64,000 nucleotides of DNA from Ramazzottius varieornatus (lineage: Eukaryota; Animalia; Tardigrada): the NCBI GenBank assembly GCA_001949185.1, contig BDGG01000002.1:124001-188000 (forward strand), given 5' to 3'. The notes below the pieces were generated by a model. It saw only the letters and a list, made by a program, of their open reading frames with translations. It searched no databases and was not told the DNA's origin. Positions 23,801-36,158 of the stretch are shown here, in pieces (the stretch's first letter is position 1; each line of letters opens with the position of its first letter). The translations under genes and the position numbers were made by a program.

Positions 23801-26800
23801 CATCTTCTTTTTGGCCTTCTTGAATTTTGCAAACTACCAACACAGAACAAGACAGCTGACCACCATCATACACTGTCATGGCATGATAGCCGAGGCAAGA
23901 CAATATACCGTTGCTCCACCAAAGGCAAACGAGGGGTGGTTGAAGTGTGCTCGAATCTGTTTGCGCAAAGCAGGCACGGCCTGTGACGCATTGATCTTGC
24001 GCCTAAAGCGGTCTTTGTGGGCTTCCTTGGCTTTACATTTCTCGGACTGCATCGTGGGAGCACAAGTGCAGTCGCGATCGACTTCACCCTTGTCCGTCTG
24101 CGCCAAATTTTGATCCATAAACTACAACCAAGATACAGCGTTAAAAACTTCCAACGAGGTAAGGCCTGCCGCAATATGGCATTGATTCCGAAAAAGAGTT
24201 ACCGCTTGGAGCGATGGTCCCTGATCACTCAACCGGTAATGATGATCATCCCACCTGCCCCAACACATGTCGATGCCGGCAAAAGCCATTTCCTGGTCAA
24301 CCATGACCATCTTCTCGTGGTGAGTCCACAGAATAACGTTGGCGTCTGGATGCCTCATCACCTACACACCACACCAAAAGGCTACAGTACATAACCGTCC
24401 ACAACATTGCGCCTTACGTGGTAACAGTGTGATAGCCGTTACTATACAAAGATGTCGCCACAAAGATGAAACGTCCCTTCCTCACCTCAATGTTAGGGTG
24501 ACCTTCCAGCAGAATCTTGGTATAGTGGCTGTTGGCCGCTGAGGCCGCCCTCGACTCTTTGAAAAGAAGGATGTAAATCCTCACTCCTCTATCCTGCAAG
24601 AGGGAAGAAAAAATCTGATTGACAACATGAATCTAAATTCGCTAATAACCTCGACAATCCAACTCGCCAAGATCGCTTTTCCGAATAGCGCATTCTGGCA
24701 GCCAATAAGACTGATCATGTGCACCACCCCAGTGAACCATCAAACTCGACAAAATCGTTATCCCCAAGTGGCGCACCGTTCTAGCCAACCTCACCAAAAA
24801 TGTGCGACACTGTGGGGGGGGAGAAATCGAGTTTGACCAAGTTTCCATTCATCACGTTGAGTGCAATGAAAAATGTTCCAGAGTACTGGATGGAAAAATA
24901 GACGAGTGAAAATCTTTTTACCGCGACGCGTTTGAGCAGATTGATGATCTGCCACTCGCCATCCGCCGTCACCGGTCTCTTCAGAAAGATATCTGGACTC
25001 AACCACCAAGCTCCAATGAAAATCTCCTTCTTGGCGCCCTCGATGGCATCGGCCACCGCCGCGAAGTACTCGATGCCGTTGATGAAGAACTTGGCCGGCA
25101 CATTATCTCTGGCTGGAGCGAAGCTGTTGTGTGGATGGTCAACCGCCGTCCACTCCGCCGCCGTCGTCTGCATCAACTTGCGCATCTGCGCTATCCAGAA
25201 GTTCTTCTCGAACATGTTGGAGAAGTTGAACACGAGGTCTTTCATGTTGTGGCGAAGCTTGATGGCCCGAGGTCGAGTCTTGAGGTCTTCGATTTTGGTG
25301 CGTTGATCGAACATAAACACGGCGGCAATCTCGTTCGTCTTGGGCCGGAGGAGCAAGTAACAGGTGTCTCTCAAGATCAACCACCTCAAAAAAATGCCAA
25401 GTCAATTGACATGGGAAGAGAAGCTTTCACGTCGGTCTTGACGAACATGCATACCCCAAGACGAAAAATATTCACTAAAGCAAGAGCATGCAGGTACGTG
25501 CAAAGATGGTAAATGAGCACCAATCTTTCACGCACCGGCATACTACGCCACGGATATAGGCCATAGAGGCACCAGTATGCAGGTACGTGCAAAGATGGAT
25601 TAGAGCTTGGTTGCAAATCTTGGATAGTTTGAATGTTGACAAAATGCCCCTTACCGTTCTTTCCAGTGGGAGAGTATCTTGCAGGCAAAGTTGTCGTGGT
25701 TGCAGCTGACGTGGAGGTCGTCGCGAATGCCGCAACCCATCTTCTTCAAGATGACTTCCTTGTGCTTCTTGTGGCCCTGCCGCGGTCCATCACTAAAGCT
25801 CATCCATGTAACTTCCAAGAACCTCACTGCAGCCAAGTGCTCTCGACGCAGGGGATCGTTCAGGATGGTTTTCAGCATGTCTTCCATTGCGTACTGCAAC
25901 GACACCAATCCCAGTTGAAACAAAACTTGCAGAGTTTAAACTCAACGAAGGATGTTATACCGCGTGCGCAGTGATCTCTTCCACGCTGGCGTTTTCCGGT
26001 AGCCTGTCGGGGATCTTTTGACTTCTTTCTCGTAGTCGTTCGTCGTAGTAGTACAGGATAACGAAGAGCTGCCGAATTTGCTTGTAGTTGCGAAGGATTG
26101 TCCAGTAGTAACCGCCATGGTTAACATCGATACGATACCTGCAAAAACCGACCATTTGGGACCTCGGCAAACAATACAAAAGTGCTTAAACTGCCTCAAA
26201 TTCACACGTTATATTTTTCTATGTAGCTCACGTTACGGGTTTGAGGGATATGACTTCTTTGCGAGACACCTCCACGACGCGGATGACGATGTCGAAGCCG
26301 TTGAGGAATACCGACCTTCCTTCGTTGACATCGGAAATATTCTTGTCGGTCGGTGTCGTCACGACGGTCCGGCAAAGAACGTCCGTTTCATATTCATCGT
26401 AGGCGGTCTCGATTAGGTGAGTTCGATCTGCAAGAAAGAAAACACAACAATAGAGACAAGTCGAACAAGTAGGAAAATATTTCCGTCCGTTCACCGAAAA
26501 AATTCAGTACTTCAGGCAAAGCATTTGCAACACGTGGCAAATCGTGTGGCACAAGTTCGAATGGTACGCCATCGGATGTCACTTGTAGTGCCGTACACTG
26601 CGCGGCCCAACATGGCGCTCGAGTCTCGAGGGATCTTCTGCGATACTCCCCTTGCACACAGAAATTTCGGGACAAAAATGCAGATTATGCGATACCTGCA
26701 TCGTGATTCGCGTGAAGCACGGCGGATGGGCTGAGATCATAAACTTTCTTGGCAGGGCCAGGAGAGTCCAAGTAGGGTATACCGTTGATTTTCCCATCAG

Positions 26801-26897
26801 TTTTCCCCTCTAACATTCCCGATCTTAGGTAGTCTCCGGAACCCCCTCCACCGTTTGGAATATACAAGCCTGTCTTGGCGTTCATATCTTGCGCCAT
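20821..26897 (-). CDS. PLD: Phospholipase D (PLD1/2 type; PX-PH and two HKD motifs)
   Basis: [32 protein letters not shown]; [14 protein letters not shown]; [10 protein letters not shown]; AKHYIYIE; [11 protein letters not shown]...GSANINDRS; terminal micro-exon LLPENNWV* (20847-20821). Confidence 0.93.
21333..21454. repeat. Tandem pair of the N25 inverted motif (PLD intron)
   Basis: Units at 21333 and 21408, period 75. Confidence 0.85.
22570..22698. repeat. Tandem pair of the N25 inverted motif (PLD intron)
   Basis: Units at 22570 and 22652, spacer 25, period 82. Confidence 0.85.
23599..23729. repeat. Tandem pair of the N25 inverted motif (PLD intron)
   Basis: Units at 23599 and 23683, spacer 25, period 84. 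Confidence 0.85.
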
Positions 26898-28412
26898 TGT
26901 CGGCTCACAATGTTATGCGACCTAGAGAAAACAACAGAAAAACAGTTCCATATCGATCGACTTTTGAAATGGTTATGAATGATTGCCTTTGGGGAAATTC
27001 CAGTCGGTCGGCCGGTGGAGCAGAACCGTTTCAGATAATATTATCCCATCCGCATCCGGCACCATAAGAATCCACTCTACGCCAGCTCTAGCTTGTGTGA
27101 TCCATAGGTCCGAAATCTGCAATGCAAAGAAGAGACAGGTATCTTTTCCACCTGAATGACTGTCCGCGAAATTCCTCGCGGTTGTGCTTACCTATGATAC
27201 TGTATTTCAAGATAAACTGTGTTAGGTAATTGTCAGTAAGCCATATGACATGACGTGCTCCACTTTCCGGAAATTCTGCGGAACGGTCTAATCCGCAAAC
27301 TCTCAAGTCGGTGTCCTATCCCCTCCAGAGTGCGTCCGAGTTAGACTTGCTGGAAATTCTTAGTTTTTGGCGAATTTGGCGAATGAAGGAACAGGTGTCG
27401 AGCGCAGGTGTGCAGTGAGCATCAGAACATGACGACACGCACCTAAAAATAGCGGTTCTGTCACCGTTTAACTTGATTAGATGCACTCGAACGCTGAACA
27501 ACTACAAGACTGCTTGGTTGACGAAACTTTGCACTGCGTGCATTCAACCGATAAAGAGGCTGAACAAAGTAGTCGAATTGAGCCAATCGTAGATTTCAGG
27601 AAATGGAAAATTTCTAGCAACTCTAGTCCGAGTCCGAACAGCTGGCTGCTTCGTTGCTCGTTCGCTGCCGCGCTGAGAGTCCCCCCCCCGGGGCCATAGC
27701 ACGCACTGCACCCCCTCGTTCCGGGGGCTTGAGGTCAACACGTTAAGTGCCCCAGGGGCTTGATACTTTTGTTGCCATCTCACTTTTCGTCAGCGGTTTC
27801 CATCCTTGATCGTCCAGCCCTTCTCAAACTTGCCAAAGTTCAAACAGATCCCTTTCCCCTCGTGAATAATTGCGCATCGATCCATCTTGCTGCCGGAGTA
27901 TACGTTCAGAAGTGGGATATCGAGAAACCGCAGTAAGTGAATGGCTTTTCCGTTGCGGCCAAGCGACAGCGGATCGCCTCATCGCTGTAGCTGGAGGAGG
28001 TGTGCGGTTGACATGCGAGATCACGAAGACCTGCTCTGCTCGTGTTTATCCGTTCCATGTCTAATACCCTTACTGACTTTACAGCTATCGAGGCGTACAG
28101 CGTACAATCCTTTTCAGACTTCACAAGGACAGCGAGGTAAGTCCCGAAAGCATTGGGGTTTTTCAGGTCCAATCAACTAGTTTATGGTTGATTTTACGGT
28201 ACACGTACAAGCAAAGGACTACTGTACCAGCATGAAAGCTTCTTAGCACTAAAAATTCGGGACTGCAAGATCTCGAGTGGGGACTACTGGATAAAACAAC
28301 GGGAAGGTTGAGGGGATAACAACAAATAAAACAATAACAGGGAATAAAGAAGAGGGAGAATGTTCGACAACCAACCGGAAGTGAGCTTGCAGAGTGTGCG
28401 AAATGGTCTGTG

Positions 28413-30209
28413 TCAAAGAAGCCTTACTGGAATGAGGAGAGTGTAGGCTAGTATTAACCTCTGAACCCAGGAGGACGTTAATCCAGAAGCTTTGTTACAG
28501 AGATCTTTCTCGCAGAAACAGAGGACACCTTGCATGTTGGTGTGGCAGCCGTGCATGGCCAACCCAGGTAGTCCGCAGTCCCGCACCACTTTGCCGTCCA
28601 GCGACGTCGCTCGGATGCAGCTGTCGATGATGCCGCTCGATCCCACGCATTCCACTTGGCGCTGAAGCTCGCCAACCCTGTCAGAGAATACCCCGTCGTT
28701 AGGAAATCCACCAGAAACTTTCGAAAGACAGCAAGGTTTTGCATGGCTTAAAGGTCTGCCTAAAGGGGTGGATTTTGAGCTATGCCAGGCAGTTCGTAGC
28801 GCGGCTCAGAGCAACATGGTCTACCGAAAGTGTTCCCAGTGTTTCCCCGAGCATTGCTTATGGTCACCCGCAGAGGGGAAACTTAAATACGGTTTCAATT
28901 AACTTATAAGTCAGGACCAAACACAGCATGGCTGACGAGAGTGCGGATATTTTTCCCAGTTTCCATCTGAAGTCATTCTTACCCGTATATGCATCGAATG
29001 GATCTTCCTTCTTCCAGCATCTTCGAGGTGAGGCCTTTCGCAATCTCAGTGGAGTTACTTCGTTTGTACTGTTGAAAGTAGTCGCCGGTCATCTCCGTCA
29101 GGATAGCTTTGGTGGAAGACAAGGAAGTGTCGCTGAGGTTGGCCGTGGCTATCTCCGGTGGCAGCATCCTGGCCATTTCGTCGTCAGCAATGATGGCGCT
29201 GCCGAACATGTCGATGATTAGCTGACTTCTGGCGTTGATGAGCTTGTCAGCACTGATGGACCGGATGGCCGCAGCTCCGGGAATGTTGTGAGGGAAGGCG
29301 GCTTTGACCACCTTCATCGAAGGGTTTCTCCCTCGGTAATTCGGTCTTTTTTCCTTCTTTCCCTTCTTTCCTTTCTTCATTTTCCTTTTCCCCCCTATGT
29401 ATTTGAAGAACAGGTATGATTGTGCTTCTATCTCGGAAACGGCTTTGAGGAAGTTACCTGGGAATGCTCTGAATCCGTTGGTTCCCTTGCCATTCCTGCC
29501 CGGTGTGAACATGGGCATCTGACACATATAGTGCTTCTTGTCAACGAAACAGGGTGCATCTTTCACCTTGATGATCTCGTCTTTCTGGTGGAACACCAAA
29601 TACACGCTGGAAAACACAAGACGTAAAACGATACAAAATTACACGGAAAAAACTGGATCGCGGGAACAAACTTGATCGTTTCTGCTAGTAGCGCGTCAGT
29701 ATCATTGGCCGGAATTCCAGCTAATGATACTGACAAGGTGCGCAGATTTGTATAATAATTGTTTGAAGTTACCAGTTGGGAGTTTCGTGTTTGGTCGGGT
29801 AGGTTTGATCATATTTCATTTTTCCCAGCGGTGTCAAAGGTGCGCCGTCCAGCCACTTGAATTCGGCAATTTTATAAGCATCGTTGGCGGCGACCCAGAT
29901 GCTGGTGATGCCTCTCTTTAGGCACTCTTGGCGAATCCACTTGAGTAGCCTATCGGCTTCCTTGGGGTCACTCAAAATGGCCAAGAAGCCTTGCTGCTGC
30001 TTGCAGCCCTTCTCGGCGTCGACCCAGGTGGCCACGGCCTTGGGGTTGCGCAGGGGGAAGCCATAACAGCGCGCTGCTTTAGGGTTTTTGCGCAGCGACT
30101 CCCCAATGTAGGTTTTGGGACAGTAAGGCGGCCCGATTAGGTCATTGCCGGCCAGACAGAGATCAATCAACAGTAAGAATAACAGGTAAGGAAGGAAGAT
30201 GGTTTGCAT
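28413..30209 (-). CDS. Signal peptide + C-type lectin domain + Lys-rich patch + unknown domain + 8-Cys Ly6/three-finger domain + GPI-like tail (paralog 1)
   Basis: Exons 30209-29773, 29606-28983, 28677-28413 join in frame; CTLD motifs ARCY..TWVDAEKGC...LAIL..IWV...FKWLDG...NCV...PC...YMCQ; IRCIYG...CFCEKDLCN then a hydrophobic C-terminus. Confidence 0.8.
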
Positions 30210-30453
30210 CGTGGTCAGTAACCAGCACGATCAATCATGAAGGATTGGCTTTACCGGTCAACATATTTGCACAAGAAAGGTTCGTCAGTTGCAAGTTGGG
30301 GAAGAAGAAAGAGAAGGAACGGTGTAATCGTCCGGCAGAATTAGAAAGAGAGTGGTGCTTTAGCGTAGCAACAGATGTGTTCATTGTCAGTGCTGTACTA
30401 CTCTGGACCGGCGGGATTTTGAAAGGAAGTTGTTGGTCTGGTGTAGGTGAAGA

Positions 30454-32631
30454 ATGAATCCTGAACAGAAAGACCCCTTAGCCTTGGATGTCATCAATGA
30501 ACGAAGACTGGTGGCCGCCTTCCTGGACTTCCTTAGGACCAAAGGACACAAGTCGGACACGCTGGAAAACACCAGACAAGAACTCGAACGTAAGTCAACT
30601 GGTACAGTCAAATCTCTTGTCGTCCACAAGTAAAGGGTGGCGCAGTCAAAAACCGAGACTGAAACCTGGTGCAGAAATGATCGAGACTTTGGATTCGGTT
30701 TGTGGTAGCAGTTGGTGCAAAATGGAAGCTCGGCAAACAGACGTGACAGAGGTTTTTTCTCACTGGCGCACTTTTTCCGTGTGATTGGCTGTTAAGTGCG
30801 GCACTTGGGAGTGCGATCTTGTCGACTTTGATTGACGATTCACAGAATGTTTAGGGTCGATGAATATTGTGCGATTGTGTATACTGGATGAACTGTGTGT
30901 ACCTTTGCAGTTGTGAGGCAGAACCTGACGAAAGCTTTCGACTTGACCGAAGAGCGGATCGAGATCCTACGGCCGGCAGTACCTCTGATGGACATTTTCT
31001 CCACACATCCTGATGCAGCCCCCAGCGACCCCAAGAGGGTGCTCGAGACCGAACTGAAGCAGACACCCACAGCGTCGGCTGAGTCCAAGAGCAAGGCAGA
31101 AGAATTCAAAAATAAAGGTGAATTCTTCCTTCCTTCACATTGATTTACCTGAACAGTTCGCGCACTGCAACCCTGAAATTGCACGAAACAATGGTGACTC
31201 GTCTTTTCTTGACAGGAAACGACTTGATGAAGAATAACCAGGTGGAAGAAGCACTAACTGCCTACAGCCAAGCCATCAACCACGATCCCACCAACCCTAT
31301 TCTATACTGTAACAGGTCAGATAGGGAGAAGACAGATTTTAGTTTGATCTTACATTCAATCCGACAACTGTTAATAACTAGGCAAAGTCGAGCAGACTGG
31401 AAATTTGACACTTGTCCGTTATTTCAGGGCAGCTGCCTACTCGAAGAAGAATCAGCACGATTTGGCCGCCAAAGACTGCGAGATTGCCTTGGCTTTCGAC
31501 CCGAACTACGCCAAAGCATATGGCCGTTATGGGTAAGTGATCATCGCTCGGTAAGGCAACTCGACCAGATTGTTTTCCTGAATGGCGCACCTTTCCATTG
31601 TTGCTGGCTGAACGCATGCGCCATTTGAGCTTTGCCCGCTTGTTGGTAGTTTGGCTTTACATGGACTGGGTCTTCTGAAAGAAGCCAAAGAAGCTTTGGA
31701 CAAGGCGGTTTCCCTGGACCCTGAAAACCAGCTGTACAAGAACAACTTGAAGCTGGTGGAAGACGCCATACTTGCTGCCGATGCGGCAGGCGCTGTAAGT
31801 TTGCCGACCAGTTGGAATGTGACGGTGATGATTTCCCTCTTGACACAGGCGTATATTTCTTACAGGCTGGTCAGATGCCTGGTGGTTTCCCGGGTATGCC
31901 TGGCGGTATGGGCGGCATGGGAAATATGTTTGAAATGCTGAACAACCCCGATTTCCAGAGTTCGGTAAGCATTGATGTCTATTTCTTTCTTTGGCCGTAA
32001 AATTCATCCCTGGTTGTTTTTGGTTTCGGTAGATGATGCAAATGATGCAAAATCCTCAAGTTCAGCAGATGTAAGGACCCTTCTGGGTTTGTTCTACTCG
32101 AATTTTGAAATTGTAGACTATGATGTTTTCGTGGTTGGGATTTGGGCAAAGAAACTCGATAAGGCTGCTGTTCCCCACTGGCGCACGGTTTCAGGGTTTG
32201 ACCGACGTCATGCGCCACTTGGGAAAGCGATCTTGGTGAGAATGTTTGTCAGGATTCGGCTCCGATCGAAGTACAGCGGTGCAATCTCGAGGGAACTTTC
32301 TGCTTGAATGACTACACAATCCTTTTGTTTTGACTTTTGTAGGGTGGGTCAGTTTTCCAGTATGTTTATGAATCAGATGGGCGGCCCCAACAACGGTAAC
32401 GGCAACCCAGCGGGTATCCCAGCCATGCCGGGTATGCCGGGTGGTATGGCCAACCTGCAGGACATGATGTCGGGTGCTCTGGGTAACTTGACGCCAGAAC
32501 AGCTGGCTGAGCAGATGCGAGGCATGTTTGGAGGACAGCAGCCTCCTGCGGCACCTGGCTCAAGCGACAGCAATCCCAACGCCAACCCCAATGACAAGAA
32601 AGATCCTCCGGGTCCTAGTTACTTTTCTTAA
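30454..32631 (+). CDS. SGT: Small glutamine-rich TPR co-chaperone
   Basis: N-terminal RRLVAAFLDFL dimerisation motif; TPRs AEEFKNKGNDLMK...ILYCNRAAAYSK...DPNYAKAYGRYG...LDPENQLYKNNL; MLNNPDF and M/Q/G-rich C-terminus. Confidence 0.93.
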
Positions 32632-33159
32632 GAGCTGTTTGGACTGCTTGATCGATAGACTCTGGGTTCTCTACTGTACTTCAGAGGTACTTCGGAGTAC
32701 GTTTTCCGACTTCGTTTCACGGTTTCTTCGGCCCCTTCTACTATCGTCATCACGTGTACTTCATTCTGTATTGTGGAAAGATGGCGGACAGTCTTCTTAC
32801 TGATGCTTTGATATGTGTTAGTAGCTCGTCGAATGCCGTCGTAATGGGCAGTCTTTTAATGGAAAACAAGGAAGGATTAAAGATCACGGCAGAGATGTAT
32901 GTCAAAGGTCCAGGGACTATCCGTGAATACACTCGCATTAAACCAGACTTTCTGAAACGCTCATTTCCCACGAAACGTCGAAAAGAAAGAAGGCCAACCA
33001 TATCGGAAGTAGGCTCCGTCCGGCCAAAGTTATCGGCTTCGTTCGGCCAACACGGACAACGGTCAACAGGTACAGAGCAGGACAAAAGAAGATTTGGCCT
33101 GGATGCCGAAACTGACAACCTGCTTTTCTTGTTCGATGGCTGGTTCCAGTGTTGCTTCT

Positions 33160-33620
33160 AGTTTAAAAGTTCCAAGCAGTCTGATTTCCTCTCGAGACGG
33201 ACGGACGATCCCAAGAAAGACTGGATTGAAGGCCCTCTGCAATCCTTCTCTTTGTATTGCTGGGCCACCGTGGATAAAGCTCGGTCATGGAAGGGTTGAG
33301 CTGCGGGCCAACTTTCATTCCTTCAGCAATTACCGTGCAGAGGTCAGCGAGCCCTTTGTTGCAACTACCACCGATGGTACCATCGTCCAAATACCAAAAG
33401 TTCAGGTGAGCCTCTTGCTAAGGACGTTGATGGCCAAACAGAACAGTACGGCGTTCAACGGATCGGCCTGCAGGACGCCTCTTGCTCAACTCAGGGTGTG
33501 CCGATCGTAGGTAAGCTTGGCTAGAACCAATAATTTTCCAGAAAGTGGAAGGTTGGAGTCGAGCTTGCGCGGAACAGTCGCTTATAGAGATATGTTGCCT
33601 GTCCAGGCTATTCACAGCTA
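33160..33620 (-). mobile_element. Degenerate CRE-like reverse transcriptase fragment
   Basis: AVNSLDRQ, ARGVLQADPLNAVLFCLAI, NFWYLDDGTIGG, VGPQLNPS across frameshifts and stops. Confidence 0.75.
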
Positions 33621-35114
33621 CTGAGCTTCTCGACTCTTTTCTTCGGCTTGAACCTTGCACTGCTTACTTCCAGAATGACTTCTGAAGCCTCCCGCCACAT
33701 TCTGCAAGTGACCGGAGGATCTTGGGAAGACATCCTTTAAGCACGGACAAAAGTCAAACCTGTGAATAGCTTACAACTAACAATCTCGCTCCGTCAGTGA
33801 CAGCTTGAAAACATCGTACGTGAGACCCGAAAGAACGCGGAAACTGCCCCGGGAGTTGTCTCCAGATAAGCAAGCAACTTTGCTCTGGTCGAAGAAAGGG
33901 AAGGATGGGAAAATTTAGTCCGTAGCCGGTTCGAGTCATTTGGTAAATAGAGGGGTATGGTTTCCGTGCTCTGTCCAATGGCTTTGTGTGTTTCTCAAGT
34001 ATAAATAGTAGGTTTCTGTGCAGTGTTATTTACTATGACTTTTGGATTTTTAATTTCTATTACGATCATTAAAACTCTACCGGGTTTCACAATTTTAATT
34101 GCAGGAAACGGCTCTCATGGAATTGTCCACTATTGTCACCCACTGAAATCTGAAATTGATTACGAACACTTAAACCCAGTAACGAAGATAACAGCTTTCT
34201 ACCCAGACTCCAGCAACAGTCAAACGGATATGACTGTGGACCGCATGCAGTTGCCAGCGCGGTCGAGATTGTTTCGGGGAACAAAACAATGCTGCCTCAA
34301 CAAACTTCAACAGAGATATGATCCGTTCGCATGTTCATACTGCTTTTCTGAGTCTGCATCTCGACCAGTTTCCAATAACTGGGGGAAGACCGAGAGTCGC
34401 ATCTAACAATCTAACTGCTACTTTCACTTTGTAAGAAGTTTCGGACTATATCCGATAAAAACTGGGTACCAGTAACCTTTCTGGATGTTCGGTAACGTCG
34501 TAAAGAATTAATTTTAGTGGGTCACAATAGTCTTAGTGGGTTTCGACCATAATTTCAGTGGGTGCCAATAACCTTTTTGGGTTTTACTGGGTGAACATAA
34601 TCTCACCCTTATTTTAATTGCGGGATGATGGAAACTGGTACGTTTCACGCCATGCTGACGCACTGTTAGCTCTTCATTCGTTTAATCAACGCACCGCAGC
34701 ATATCAAAACGCACAATTTTACGGTGCGCGAAACGGAACTATGTGGTGCGCAGCTCCTTTTGCCAAACCCGGTGCGCAAACTGAGCTTGTACGCAGTACC
34801 TAGGACAAGTTTCGCGGATATTGTCTAATGTGAGTAATGTCTAACAGTAGAAATCACGCCCAAAAATCCTCGATTGCGCAGTTTCAAACCCTTTACCGCA
34901 ATTCAGGCCCATTTTAGTTCACGTTTGGTCTAATAGTCTATTTTACTATCCCACCGTCCAGCCAATTTTACTATGATTTAATTATATAGCAAAATCCGTC
35001 GGCTCAATTTGGCAATCTTAATTATGAGAGTAAAATTAAAAGAGCAGATTTTCGGCCATTTTCAATTATCTATTACAATCATTAAAATAACACTGTTTCT
35101 GTGGAACACTGAGA

Positions 35115-35366
35115 TAACAGACATTAAGCTGCTACCGCCAGATGAGAGTCCCACTGTAGCTAAGATGAGTTGCAACGTCACTCATAAGCGCAGCAGCTGA
35201 TCTTTGGTTCGAATAGTTGAGTAGCCACTATGCTTCCCAATGCTACCTAACCGTGACGCCGATTACGCTATTTTCCGAAAATAAGGGAAGCTCCGGAAAG
35301 GAAAATGTAGTTACACGTCACAAAAGGGGCGGAGCAAGACGTAGCTACAGTGGGAAAGCGAACGGG
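35115..35366. repeat. ~250-bp repeat, inverted diverged copy of 39335-39582
   Basis: For example TGTAGCTAAGATGAGTTGCAACGTCACTCATAAGCGCAGCAGCTGATC and GTTACACGTCAC align to the reverse complement of 39335-39582. Confidence 0.8.
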
Positions 35367-35859
35367 ACTTGTGACTTAATCGCTGTAATGTCGGTAGGTG
35401 AGTATGTCTTTCGAAGCCATGGGGCTCAGTAAGTCGTCATTTGGGCAGAGTCCAGCTTTTATCCCTAGAGCATACTGCTAATCTACTGATTACGGTACAC
35501 TAACCCACAGTACAGATACAGGCTATCCCTTATGGATACCTGGGCCGCAGGTCGAAAAGCACGCTGCATCTGCCAAGGGATTTACGCCAGTCTGTTACTC
35601 TGATCTTCAAACAAATACGACAGAAAGATAGAGGAGAGTTCGCTCCACACACTTAGATAGACTGAATCGGCGGAATAAGATCCTGGAAGACAGCGCAGGA
35701 AGAGGAAGTGACGTCAAAAATCAGGGCGGATCCTAGTGTGATAGTAAATCAGCCGATTTGATTGCCTACTGGTTGATTTTATATTGAATGATCGCTGCAC
35801 TTGCGCTCTCCGTTCACCTTCGTCGTTCCGTCACTGTGTAATCTTTACACGTGGCCGCT

Positions 35860-36100
35860 ATGGATTCCGTCAATCCGTTGAATGTTCGGAAGCCTCTAGA
35901 GGACGACTACAAGCAGTTCTTCCAACTGGACGATCAACCGAGCGAGGCTGACAAGCAGCTGAAGACACTAGTCAAAGGTCTCATTGCCGTTAACAATACA
36001 AAATATTGCAGTGAGATACTCAACCAGCTTCTGTTCTTGCTCCAGAGTTGATGGATATCAAAATCAACCAAGCTGGAGTGCAGCGAGATCAATCAATATG
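35860..36100 (+). pseudogene. Small ORF remnant resembling a Polinton accessory-protein C-terminal motif
   Basis: LKTLVKGLIAVNNTKYCSEILNQLLFLLQS*WISK resembles, from recall, the L.LL.G...AGN....E...I...L...G.I motif of Polinton hypothetical proteins; converges on pPolB. Confidence 0.4.
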
Positions 36101-36158
36101 ATATCAACCAGTTCGGTTGCCTACCAGTTCGATTGCCTACGAACTGGTTGATTTACCA

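Noticed and set aside
27770-28030. Possible coding fragment upstream of PLD
   Set aside because: All frames interrupted; no family recognised.
34129-34572. Short inverted repeats (CACCCACTGAAAT / ATTTCAGTGGGTG) suggesting a MITE
   Set aside because: Too degenerate to define termini or a TSD.
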